A DNA stretch of 39,057 bases, taken from NCBI GenBank assembly GCA_029051085.1, contig JAIDLK010000059.1, positions 1 to 39,057 of the forward strand, written 5' to 3'. Position 1 is the stretch's first letter; every line of letters starts with the position of its first letter. The position numbers and the translations under genes were made by a program. This DNA is from Alphaproteobacteria bacterium. GTDB taxonomy: Bacteria; Pseudomonadota; Alphaproteobacteria; Rs-D84. Under the pieces are notes generated by a model. The model was given only the letters and a program-made list of their open reading frames with translations, did not search any database and was not told where the DNA came from. Below are positions 27,465 through 35,022 of the stretch, in pieces.

Positions 27465-27599
27465 ATGAAATTTTTAAGCTCTTTAAAGGCTTGGAAAAAA
27501 CGCGGCAATATTAAACAAATTCGTCGTGGTAAGCAAGTCATCTTGATTGACCCTGATAATCCGAAATTCAAGGCTAAGCAGGGCTTTAAAAAGAAATAA
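27465..27599 (+). CDS. rpmJ: 50S ribosomal protein L36 (Cys-free type)
   Basis: This ORF is not in the track because it is under 60 aa. My translation is MKFLSSLKAWKKRGNIKQIRRGKQVILIDPDNPKFKAKQGFKKK. It has the L36 pattern ..SLK......R.G...I....NP.FKA.QG and no Cys or His zinc ligands. Confidence 0.8.
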   Translation: MKFLSSLKAWKKRGNIKQIRRGKQVILIDPDNPKFKAKQGFKKK

Positions 27600-27628
27600 G
27601 TCGAACTGCACAGGCGGCTTTATCTCGT

Positions 27629-27660
27629 CCGGTCGGGAATTCCAGGCCGGGTGTTTTTTT
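27629..27660 (+). terminator. Intrinsic terminator after rpmJ
   Basis: CCGGTCGGG-AATT-CCAGGCCGG is an imperfect stem, followed by GTGTTTTTTT. Confidence 0.65.
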
Positions 27661-27687
27661 AGGCATAGGTAATAATGCATAAGGCAT

Positions 27688-27790
27688 ATTGTCATTGCGT
27701 GCAAGCATCAGCGCAGTGTGGCAATCTATCATGTAAAATGTCTATGTTCATTGATTAACTGGATTGTTTCGTTTCACTCGCAATGACAAT
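27688..27790. repeat. Inverted pair of small GTCATTGCG...GCAATC palindromic elements
   Basis: ATTGTCATTGCG (27688-27699) is the exact reverse complement of CGCAATGACAAT (27779-27790). Each arm belongs to a 28-36-nt unit bounded by GTCATTGCG and GCAATC(C), at 27691-27726 and 27761-27788. Confidence 0.7.
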
Positions 27791-27827
27791 GGTAAAATAA
27801 ATATTCCTTTTTATTTAGCCCGTTTTA

Positions 27828-27836
27828 TGATATAAT
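27828..27836 (+). promoter_or_regulatory. Extended -10 box TGATATAAT heading the long leader of the secreted-protein locus
   Basis: This is the same 9-mer found at the efflux and virD4 promoters. An ATG lies 5 nt downstream, at 27842. Confidence 0.35.
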
Positions 27837-27841
27837 TCACC

Positions 27842-28084
27842 ATGAACCTGTGGGGACACTGGTTCGGGGCTGTCGAAAGCCTTTATCATCCGGTGCAGCA
27901 TGGCAAGACATCGTAATCCGATATGCTTTCCGTGGTTTTGCGTCGTTATTTATCCCTGACCTGTATTGGTCGGGGGGCCGTCGGTTATAAAATACAGACT
28001 TTTCTGAAAGGCCGACGGAATCACTGATGATATGATTTTCGAACCACCCCGACCGCTTATGCTCTCTGCTGGCGGTTTTTATTT
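27842..28084 (+). promoter_or_regulatory. Structured 5' leader or unclassified RNA element upstream of 28085
   Basis: A three-way junction can be drawn by hand: P1 27968-75/28047-54 (8 bp GC-rich), P2 27978-84/28012-18 and P3 28019-23/28033-37. A weak hairpin 28052-56/28072-76 plus a T5 run competes with the P1 3' strand. There is also a 24-codon mini-ORF at 27842-27916. Confidence 0.3.
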
Positions 28085-29038
28085 ATGAAAAAACGGGGGG
28101 GCGTGGTGAAAATACGCAAAGTACTTTTTGTATTGTTATTATTAGGGGGAAATAGTGCCTATGCAGCTACACCTCTTGATAGTGCGATTGATAATGTTCG
28201 CCGAAATTGTGGCAATTTGTCGAATGAATTAAATCATTTGAAATCAATGGCCGGGATAAATACCGCCGTCACCGCGGTGGGTACGGTCACAAGTGGTGTT
28301 GGCCTGGCAACAGGTATCGCAAAGTCCGGCGTGGACAGCGAAATTGAAAAATTGGAAAAAGAATTGGAAGAATTAAAGCAATCCCGCGGTGATGTGCCGA
28401 TTGAACATTTGGAAATAGAAGACGAGGCTTTGTTCAAACGCCAGGTGGCCGAGTTTATTGCGTCTTATCAGGCGAAAGAGCAAGAATTATCGGCGGCGGA
28501 AAAGAAATCCAAGACTCTTGGCAATGTGCGAACGGGTATGCTGGCCGCGTCCACCGCAACAAATATTGCCGGCACTGTTATTGCGGCGAACAACCGTGTT
28601 GATTCAGATTTACAAACAAAAATAAATGCATGCAAAATGTCTGTTAATGAATTATCCGCGGCCCAGATGCAGGCCCGTGCGGCCGATACCGCAACCGCCG
28701 ACGAATTGGCGCACGCCGGGCAAATTGTGCATGCATGTGGCGCATGGGATATGGTGGATATAAGCAGTATAAATAAAAAATCCACTGGTGCCACGATATC
28801 AAGTGGTGTTGGCGCGGCACTGGGCGTGGCCGGAACGATAACATCGGCGTCCGCGAATTCTGATTCTGTGCGCAATGGCGACCGGGATAAAGAAAAAAAT
28901 CTGAACAATGCTGCAAACGTGCTGGCGGGTGGCACAACCGTGGCCAGTGGCGCCGCGGTTATATTTAATGCAACACAAATTGGTGCGATAAAGCGCGCGG
29001 CCGCGGCCGCCGACGAATGCGAGGGGGCGCTGAGATAA
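28085..29038 (+). CDS. Sec-exported repeat protein (charged helices alternating with Gly/Ala/Thr-rich segments), unknown function
   Basis: The signal peptide is ...KIRKVLFVLLLLGGNSAYA. Three to four repeats of about 30 aa each end in DS (aa 53-85, 141-174, 231-261, 276-300). There are four Cys. An alternative GTG start at 28106 lies 4-5 nt after GGGGGG. Confidence 0.7.
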   Translation: MKKRGGVVKIRKVLFVLLLLGGNSAYAATPLDSAIDNVRRNCGNLSNELNHLKSMAGINTAVTAVGTVTSGVGLATGIAKSGVDSEIEKLEKELEELKQSRGDVPIEHLEIEDEALFKRQVAEFIASYQAKEQELSAAEKKSKTLGNVRTGMLAASTATNIAGTVIAANNRVDSDLQTKINACKMSVNELSAAQMQARAADTATADELAHAGQIVHACGAWDMVDISSINKKSTGATISSGVGAALGVAGTITSASANSDSVRNGDRDKEKNLNNAANVLAGGTTVASGAAVIFNATQIGAIKRAAAAADECEGALR

Positions 29039-29040
29039 AA

Positions 29041-29754
29041 ATGAAAAAGACATTATTGATTGCAGGCATGATTGCAGCACCGATATCCATGGCGGTGGCA
29101 AAAACAATTAATTTTGATACACCTGTTGAATGGAATTCAAAGGTTGTTGAACAGGCATTAAACAAGGCAGGATTTATCGGGGGCAGTGGCGCAAATTGGG
29201 ACGTGCGTGTCACACACGACCGAATATTGACCGAATTGTTAAATCGCAAATCTTTCTCGCTAAAAGATGCAACCCAGGTATGCTTAAACAAATGTAATAT
29301 GTCCGATTTCTTAAAAAACGGCCGTGGGTCCAGTGGTAAAAAATGCCCGGAATTGTGTAAGGGATTTACGGATTCATTAACCAGTGTTAATAATTCGTTG
29401 AAGAATGCAGCTAAAAGCACAGGTAGTCTGGAGAAAAAACAGTCAAATGGAATTGTTAAAATATGGACCAAAGATAAAAAATATTATTCTGTAATCATAT
29501 CAGATTCATCTATGCGTCAAAAGTATAAAAATGTTTGTGATGCTGAAGAAGGGTGGGCGGCGGCAGTTGTATTTATAACACAGTCTAATAAAGCAATTGG
29601 GCTTTTAACATATTCTAAACTTGATGATAATCTTTACACTTTATGTGTACAAGGGTCAAATAACTATTTTGTGCTTAAAGGGTTAAATTGGGGGTGGAAT
29701 GAAAAAGGTGGAATAGATGTATTTAACTCTGATAGTGCGTATTTGGACTATTGA
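29041..29754 (+). CDS. Sec-exported Cys-rich protein, unknown function
   Basis: The signal peptide is MKKTLLIAGMIAAPISMAVA. Twin CX3C motifs are present (CLNKC, CPELC). The start is 2 nt after the upstream stop. The track ORF start at 29017 overlaps the previous gene. Confidence 0.7.
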   Translation: MKKTLLIAGMIAAPISMAVAKTINFDTPVEWNSKVVEQALNKAGFIGGSGANWDVRVTHDRILTELLNRKSFSLKDATQVCLNKCNMSDFLKNGRGSSGKKCPELCKGFTDSLTSVNNSLKNAAKSTGSLEKKQSNGIVKIWTKDKKYYSVIISDSSMRQKYKNVCDAEEGWAAAVVFITQSNKAIGLLTYSKLDDNLYTLCVQGSNNYFVLKGLNWGWNEKGGIDVFNSDSAYLDY

Positions 29755-29771
29755 TACAACCGGTGAAAAGT

Positions 29772-29807
29772 AAAAAGACAGGGGGAGTTTTTATACCCTG
29801 TCTTTTT
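29772..29807. terminator. Bidirectional intrinsic terminator
   Basis: AAAAAGACAGGG...CCCTGTCTTTTT lies between convergent genes. Confidence 0.75.
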
Positions 29808-31419
29808 ATTCTTTATTATTTACCGAATAATAATATTCCAATTTTTCATGGTCGTAGTCTTCTATCCGGCCCGTGGGCAGGACCAGCATGCGCGTAATAC
29901 CAATTTGCTCAACAAAGTCCGGATTATGGCTGACAACTATTATTGTGCCGGTAAAGTCACGGAAATTGTCGCCGATAATTGCCTGGGTATCGGGGTCCAG
30001 ATGGTTTGTCGGTTCGTCCAGAATTAACATATTTGCACGACGTAGTATTATTTTGCACATCGCAACGCGGGCGCGTTCGCCGGGTGACAGTACAGATATT
30101 TTTTTGAATATGTCGGTACCTGAAAACAAAAAGTTACCCAATGCCGCACGTAATTGGGTATCGGTGTAATCGTCGGATGCCACCGCATCAATAACACGGT
30201 CGTCCGGATTTAATTGTTCCAATTCCTGGGCATAATATGCGATTTCGGTTTTAGGGTTGATATCTATTGTTCCGCGTTCTGGGGTAAGTTGGCCCATAAT
30301 CAATTTTAATAAAGTGGATTTGCCGGCTCCATTTTCACCGACTATTAAAAATCTCTCGCCGCCTTCTATAATAAAAGACAGTTTTCTGTAAAGCAGACGG
30401 GCACCGGGATACCGGAACCACAAATCGTCTATGTGTATCGGGTGACGCGCACCGGTGTGCAGTGGCGACAAATCCATCTTTACTTTTTTATAAATTTGTT
30501 CGCGTTGTGTCCGGTTGGCTAATATTTTTTGTAACTGGGCCGCGCGAACATGGCCGGCACGTTTCATTGCGTGGCGCGTGGGACTGGCCGCGTTCGCGCG
30601 TGCAATAAAATCAGACAGGTGTTCTATGTGACGTTCTTCTTCGGCGATTTTTACCGCACGGGCATGTTTTAAGGCTGCGGCTTTTCTTTTATATGCATCA
30701 TGGTTTCCGTCAAAAACAAATATTTTATGTGTCTGCTTGTCAACATGCATGATTTTGTTTGCAACCGCGTTCAAGAAATCGTTGTCATGGCTGATTACCA
30801 TGATGCATCCGCGATATTTCTGCAGGAATTTGGTTACAAAATCACGTGTTGTCGCATCCAGGTGATTGGTGGGCTCGTCCAACAGCATTATTTCAGGCAT
30901 GGAATACAGCATCCTTGCAAAGGCCACCTTTGATTTCTGACCACCTGATAATTCCGATATTTTTTTATCCAGCAATGAGGCGTCTATCCGCATGTTTTCA
31001 ATCATGGCAAGTAATGCATCTTCGGCTCCATAAGCATCGTAATATTCCAACTCGTGCTGTGTTTTGCTTATCTCTTCTGCCGTTTGTTCATCATCCGGAT
31101 TTTCCGCCAGTGCCAGATACAGACTTTCCAATTGAGCATTTAATTTTTCAATTGGGCGACCGGATATTAAAAAGTCAAAAACGCTTATATCTTGGTTATT
31201 TATATCTATTACCTGGGGCAGATATCCGATACGAACACCCCCGGTATCAATATGGCCGGAATCTGGTATTATGCGGCCTGTAATTATATTAAAAAGTGTT
31301 GATTTGCCGGCCCCGTTTACACCGACTATACCGACATGGTCCCGTTGGCCAATATTAAATTGTGCCGCATCGTAAACGATTTGTGTACCAAATGACAAAG
31401 ATAAATTTCGTGCATACAT
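29806..31419 (-). CDS. ABC-F family ATPase (two fused NBDs, no TM domain)
   Basis: Two Walker A motifs (GVNGAGKST, GENGAGKST) and two signature motifs (LSGGQKS, LSPGERA) are separated by a charged linker. The protein is 537 aa. Confidence 0.9.
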   Translation of the reverse strand: MYARNLSLSFGTQIVYDAAQFNIGQRDHVGIVGVNGAGKSTLFNIITGRIIPDSGHIDTGGVRIGYLPQVIDINNQDISVFDFLISGRPIEKLNAQLESLYLALAENPDDEQTAEEISKTQHELEYYDAYGAEDALLAMIENMRIDASLLDKKISELSGGQKSKVAFARMLYSMPEIMLLDEPTNHLDATTRDFVTKFLQKYRGCIMVISHDNDFLNAVANKIMHVDKQTHKIFVFDGNHDAYKRKAAALKHARAVKIAEEERHIEHLSDFIARANAASPTRHAMKRAGHVRAAQLQKILANRTQREQIYKKVKMDLSPLHTGARHPIHIDDLWFRYPGARLLYRKLSFIIEGGERFLIVGENGAGKSTLLKLIMGQLTPERGTIDINPKTEIAYYAQELEQLNPDDRVIDAVASDDYTDTQLRAALGNFLFSGTDIFKKISVLSPGERARVAMCKIILRRANMLILDEPTNHLDPDTQAIIGDNFRDFTGTIIVVSHNPDFVEQIGITRMLVLPTGRIEDYDHEKLEYYYSVNNKE

Positions 31420-31467
31420 ATTATTTACAATTATTTATTAAAGAGACAATATTTGCAATTGGTAATG

Positions 31468-31490
31468 AAAAATGCCCCGATAAGGGGCTA
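31468..31490 (-). terminator. Intrinsic terminator after tRNA-Met
   Basis: On the minus strand, GCCCC-TTATC-GGGGC is followed by ATTTTT. Confidence 0.6.
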
Positions 31491-31493
31491 AAC

Positions 31494-31570
<77 letters not shown>

Positions 31571-31786
31571 TCAATGTAAGCTGTATTATAGTCATATATA
31601 GTCTACTGTCAATTAAAAAATGAATATTTTCAGAATTTGCCTTGAATTATTATGTCTTTAACAATTATTACTAGAATTTTTGTGTTTTTTCTAATGTTTT
31701 TCTGGTTGAGACTAAATTCTTATCCTTTCTTGAATTATACTTTTTTTACTGCTAAAATCTTACGGATATATAAACATATAGGGTAT

Positions 31787-32596
31787 ATGATAATGAGTAT
31801 TACTTTTAGAAAGGTTTGGAAGGGATTTTGGGAACCGATATTACGGTTATCAATATTTCAATGGATTATTGCCATACTGATGGCGGTATCAATATGGTTT
31901 ATTTACTTTACATCGCGGTTGCGCATAAAAAACATAGAAGTGTTTCGTAAATATCGCAGAAAACCCGCTATTTTTGTGTTCTGGCATGGGCGCAGCATGA
32001 TGTTGTCGCCGATTGTTGCAATGCGTGGCATGCGTTCTTATGCGGTTGCATCGCGCCACAAAGATGGTCGGATGATGGCAAAACTGCAAAGACTGTTTGG
32101 GTTGCGTTCAATATCAGGCAGTACGTCTGATGGCGGAATTTCCGTATTGCGGCAAGGGGTTAGAGTCTTGCGTCAGGGTGGATATTCCGTATGCATTTCG
32201 CCGGATGGGCCGGGTGGGCCGTCTTTGCGTGTTCAAGATGGTGCATTGTATTTTGCGAAGATGAGTGGGGCGCCAATCATTCCCGTATGTTTTTCTGCGT
32301 CACGGGCGCGTTTACAAAAACGATGGGACAGGTATTTGGTCGCGTTGCCTTTTGGTACGATTACGTGTAACGTTGGTAATCCGGTGTTTATAGACAGAAA
32401 AGCCAGTGCCAAAGAATTTGAAACGGCCCGAAAGTCGTTGGAAGATTTCATGGTGCGCCAGATGCGTGAAATGGATTTGGAGTTTGGATTGACACCGGCG
32501 GAACAGGACCAGACGGCGCGTCGATTTAAAGATGAGATGCGCGCTGAGAAAGCGGCAAAGAAAAATGCAAAGAAAGCGCGTCGTATAAAAAAATAA
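31787..32596 (+). CDS. DUF374-type lysophospholipid-acyltransferase-like protein
   Basis: PAIFVFWHGR...ASRHKDGRMMA...ISPDGPGGP is the DUF374/LPLAT pattern. The start is taken at MIMSITF (31787 or 31793). The upstream 135 nt of the track ORF is AT-rich, promoter-like sequence. Confidence 0.7.
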   Translation: MIMSITFRKVWKGFWEPILRLSIFQWIIAILMAVSIWFIYFTSRLRIKNIEVFRKYRRKPAIFVFWHGRSMMLSPIVAMRGMRSYAVASRHKDGRMMAKLQRLFGLRSISGSTSDGGISVLRQGVRVLRQGGYSVCISPDGPGGPSLRVQDGALYFAKMSGAPIIPVCFSASRARLQKRWDRYLVALPFGTITCNVGNPVFIDRKASAKEFETARKSLEDFMVRQMREMDLEFGLTPAEQDQTARRFKDEMRAEKAAKKNAKKARRIKK

Positions 32597-32612
32597 TGAT
32601 AATGGAACAAAT

Positions 32613-33527
32613 ATGAAAACACCATGGTGGTTTTTAAGAAAAACTCCGCTGGCACTTATATTATGGCCGCTGTCGGTTATATATTATATGTTGTCGCGTC
32701 TGGTTTTCGGGGTTCGCAAGATTGGCGCCTATAAATCGCGCCGGCCTGTTGTTTGTGTGGGCAATATTTTTGCCGGTGGTGTAGGCAAGACGCCGATTGT
32801 GCGTGCAATTGCACAAGAGTTGGGTGCACCGGTTGTTATGCGCGGATATAAAAAATGTGCGGCAACCGGCAATATCGGAGACGAGGCAACAATGCTTGGT
32901 CGTGCGGGACTGCAGGTGCATACGGGAAATCGTAAAAGCAATGTTCGTCTGTTGGATTCGCAAGATGACGACAGTCCCATAGTTATGGATGACGGCTTTC
33001 AAAATCCGCGTATAAAAAAAGATATTTCCATTTTGGTTTTTGATGAACGCCTGGGGCTGGGGAACGGCTTTGTTTTACCGGCGGGGCCATTGCGTGAGCC
33101 TGTGGGTGCCGTGCGAAGGGCGGATGCGATAATTATTATAAAAGCCAATGGTGGTCGGGTGCGCAAGATAAATCTGCCGGCGGAGATTCCTGTGTTTTAT
33201 GCAAAAAATCAGACCATATCGCCTTATGGTGGAACAACTCGGTTGGCGGCGTTTGCTGGTATAGGGTATCCAAAGAAGTTTTTTTCAGCCCTGAGCAATG
33301 TTGTTTATAAAAAAAGTTTTGCGGATCATTATCAATATACGCCTGAGGATATAGAAAAACTGAAAAAAGCGGCGGAAAAACGTAAAGCAAAGCTGGTTAC
33401 GACAGAAAAAGACTGGGTTCGTTTGCCGGAAGATGTGCAAAATGAAATAAAGTATGCAAGATTGGAAACAGTTATTGAGGATAGATTTTACGACTGGCTA
33501 AAGGAGAAACTTAGATGCCGACATTAA
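32613..33527 (+). CDS. lpxK: Tetraacyldisaccharide 4'-kinase
   Basis: An N-terminal membrane helix is followed by the P-loop GNIFAGGVGKTP, and TTEKDWVRL lies near the C-terminus. Confidence 0.85.
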   Translation: MKTPWWFLRKTPLALILWPLSVIYYMLSRLVFGVRKIGAYKSRRPVVCVGNIFAGGVGKTPIVRAIAQELGAPVVMRGYKKCAATGNIGDEATMLGRAGLQVHTGNRKSNVRLLDSQDDDSPIVMDDGFQNPRIKKDISILVFDERLGLGNGFVLPAGPLREPVGAVRRADAIIIIKANGGRVRKINLPAEIPVFYAKNQTISPYGGTTRLAAFAGIGYPKKFFSALSNVVYKKSFADHYQYTPEDIEKLKKAAEKRKAKLVTTEKDWVRLPEDVQNEIKYARLETVIEDRFYDWLKEKLRCRH

Positions 33528-34450
33528 AAAAAGAGGTTCGCCTGTCCGGGCGCGGAATTCATTCGGGATGTCCGGTTGAGATTGTTGTAAAACCTGCGGA
33601 TAAGTGCGGCATATTTTTTATTCGCACAGATATAAATGGCAGTGAACCCATTGCGGCGCGTTTTGACAATGTCGGTGACACAAAAATGCGCAATACCACA
33701 ATAGGGTGCCCATGTGGGGCGCATGTGCAAACAGTTGAACATTTAATGGCCGCTTTGTTCATGGTCGGGGTTGATAGCGCCGTGGTTGAAATAGACGGGC
33801 CCGAGACGCCGATACTTGACGGCAGTGCCGCTTTGTTTATTGATGCTTTTAAAAAAGCGGGTGTTACAGATGGCGTGATAAAAAAAGTGGTTGTGCGGAG
33901 ACCGGTGGTTGCCACTGTGCGCGATGTACGTCGGACTTTGCCGCTTGGGTTGCGGTTGCGTCTGTGGGTTATGGATTTAATATCCGGGCGACGTGCCGAC
34001 GGGTATGTGAAACTTGAACCGAATGATGGTGATGCGCTGAATATAACCGCGACATTGGTTTATCCTGAGAAAATCATAGGCCGCCAAACTTATGAATATA
34101 CGTTTGACGAAACGAAAAAATCGGTTGATGTGTTTGTTTTGGATATAGCACGTGCGCGTACATTTGGAAAGTATTCCGAGTGGGAGTATCTGAAGGCGCG
34201 TGGCATGGGACGCGGCGCGGATGAAACGAATGTTATCGCCTTGAATGATGCGGGTGACGGTACGCTGAATAAATTGATATGGCCGGACGAGTTTGTTCGT
34301 CACAAAATCATAGATGCCGTGGGTGACATGGCGACCGCCGGTGGTATGATTGTGGGGCGACTGGAGTCTTATAAGGGCAGTCATGCGATGAACAATATAG
34401 TATTGAAAAAATTGTTCAGCGACCCGCGCAATTATGATATAATTGATTAA
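33515..34450 (+). CDS. lpxC: UDP-3-O-acyl-N-acetylglucosamine deacetylase
   Basis: TLKKEVRLSGRGIHSG, TVEHLMAAL and the HKIIDAVGDM region are present. It overlaps lpxK by 13 nt. Confidence 0.92.
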   Translation: MPTLKKEVRLSGRGIHSGCPVEIVVKPADKCGIFFIRTDINGSEPIAARFDNVGDTKMRNTTIGCPCGAHVQTVEHLMAALFMVGVDSAVVEIDGPETPILDGSAALFIDAFKKAGVTDGVIKKVVVRRPVVATVRDVRRTLPLGLRLRLWVMDLISGRRADGYVKLEPNDGDALNITATLVYPEKIIGRQTYEYTFDETKKSVDVFVLDIARARTFGKYSEWEYLKARGMGRGADETNVIALNDAGDGTLNKLIWPDEFVRHKIIDAVGDMATAGGMIVGRLESYKGSHAMNNIVLKKLFSDPRNYDIID

Positions 34451-34470
34451 GAAATAAAGAGGAACTTGAT

Positions 34471-34902
34471 ATGAAGAAATTTTTTGCTGTTTTTGCGCTG
34501 GCGGGTTTATGTGCGTGCGGCGGTATGATAAAAAATGAAAATGGCAGCGAGTTTTTAACGCAACTGGATGCGGAACCTATTGGTTGTACTTTCCTGTACA
34601 AGCTTGAGTCGGAGGTTTCAGTATATGATGCGGATGATGCACGCAGATATCTTGAAAACCGTATTGCGGATCAGGCGCGTCCGGGCAATGCATATTGGAT
34701 AACAAGCTCACGTACACGTCCGAATGAATGGGTGATTTTTGGCCCAGAGCGCAGCTTTATATTGGTTGCGAATGTTTATGATTGTCCGCATCCGCGCAGT
34801 GTTCGGACGGCAAAAAACGGCGGTTCGGCAACGGTTGCATATCCGGTTGATGTTGTAACAACAACATGCAGCGGTGTGAATGCATACGGTCAATGCCAAT
34901 AA
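34471..34902 (+). CDS. Small lipoprotein (possibly DUF4156-like)
   Basis: The signal peptide carries a lipobox region (ALAGLCACGG). Conserved-looking Cys residues occur in GCTF and at the C-terminal YDCP. Confidence 0.55.
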   Translation: MKKFFAVFALAGLCACGGMIKNENGSEFLTQLDAEPIGCTFLYKLESEVSVYDADDARRYLENRIADQARPGNAYWITSSRTRPNEWVIFGPERSFILVANVYDCPHPRSVRTAKNGGSATVAYPVDVVTTTCSGVNAYGQCQ

Positions 34903-34923
34903 TATTATTGAGTGTAAAAAATT

Positions 34924-34955
34924 AAGCCCGCTATTTTTTGGCGGGTTATTTTTTA
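34924..34955 (+). terminator. Intrinsic terminator
   Basis: An AAGCCCGC...GCGGGTT hairpin is followed by ATTTTTT. Confidence 0.65.
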
Positions 34956-34963
34956 TTCTGTGT

Positions 34964-34993
34964 TTGCCATGATTGGTAATTTTATGTTATAAT
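34964..34993 (+). promoter_or_regulatory. Candidate strong promoter for the pilus-assembly operon
   Basis: TTGCCA (34964-69) is separated by 18 nt from TATAAT (34988-93), which has the TGT extension (TGTTATAAT). GGAGAGAG precedes the TTG start at 35023. Confidence 0.45.
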
Positions 34994-35022
34994 TATTCAT
35001 ACGAGGATATCCGGGAGAGAGT

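Noticed and set aside
27374-27571. A 65-aa minus-strand ORF.
   Set aside because: It is antisense to the clearly recognisable rpmJ gene and its promoter. The translation is Cys/Phe-rich nonsense.
27842-28084. I tested the structured region by eye against tmRNA, SRP/4.5S RNA, RNase P RNA, and the TPP, cobalamin, fluoride and c-di-GMP riboswitches, on both strands.
   Set aside because: There is no GGGG...CCCC-ACCA acceptor pairing and no tag ORF for tmRNA. The GGAAGCAGCC SRP core and the GAGGAAAGUCC RNase P motif are absent. Only short chance similarities appear (CUGAUGAU for fluoride; CAGGUCAGG on the minus strand for SRP). I left it as an unclassified leader.
31652-31786. An N-terminal 45-codon extension of the DUF374 ORF.
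   Set aside because: The sequence is very AT-rich, with promoter-like runs and Phe/Leu/Ile-rich translation. Family similarity starts after MIMSITF. The exact start (31787 or 31793) remains uncertain.
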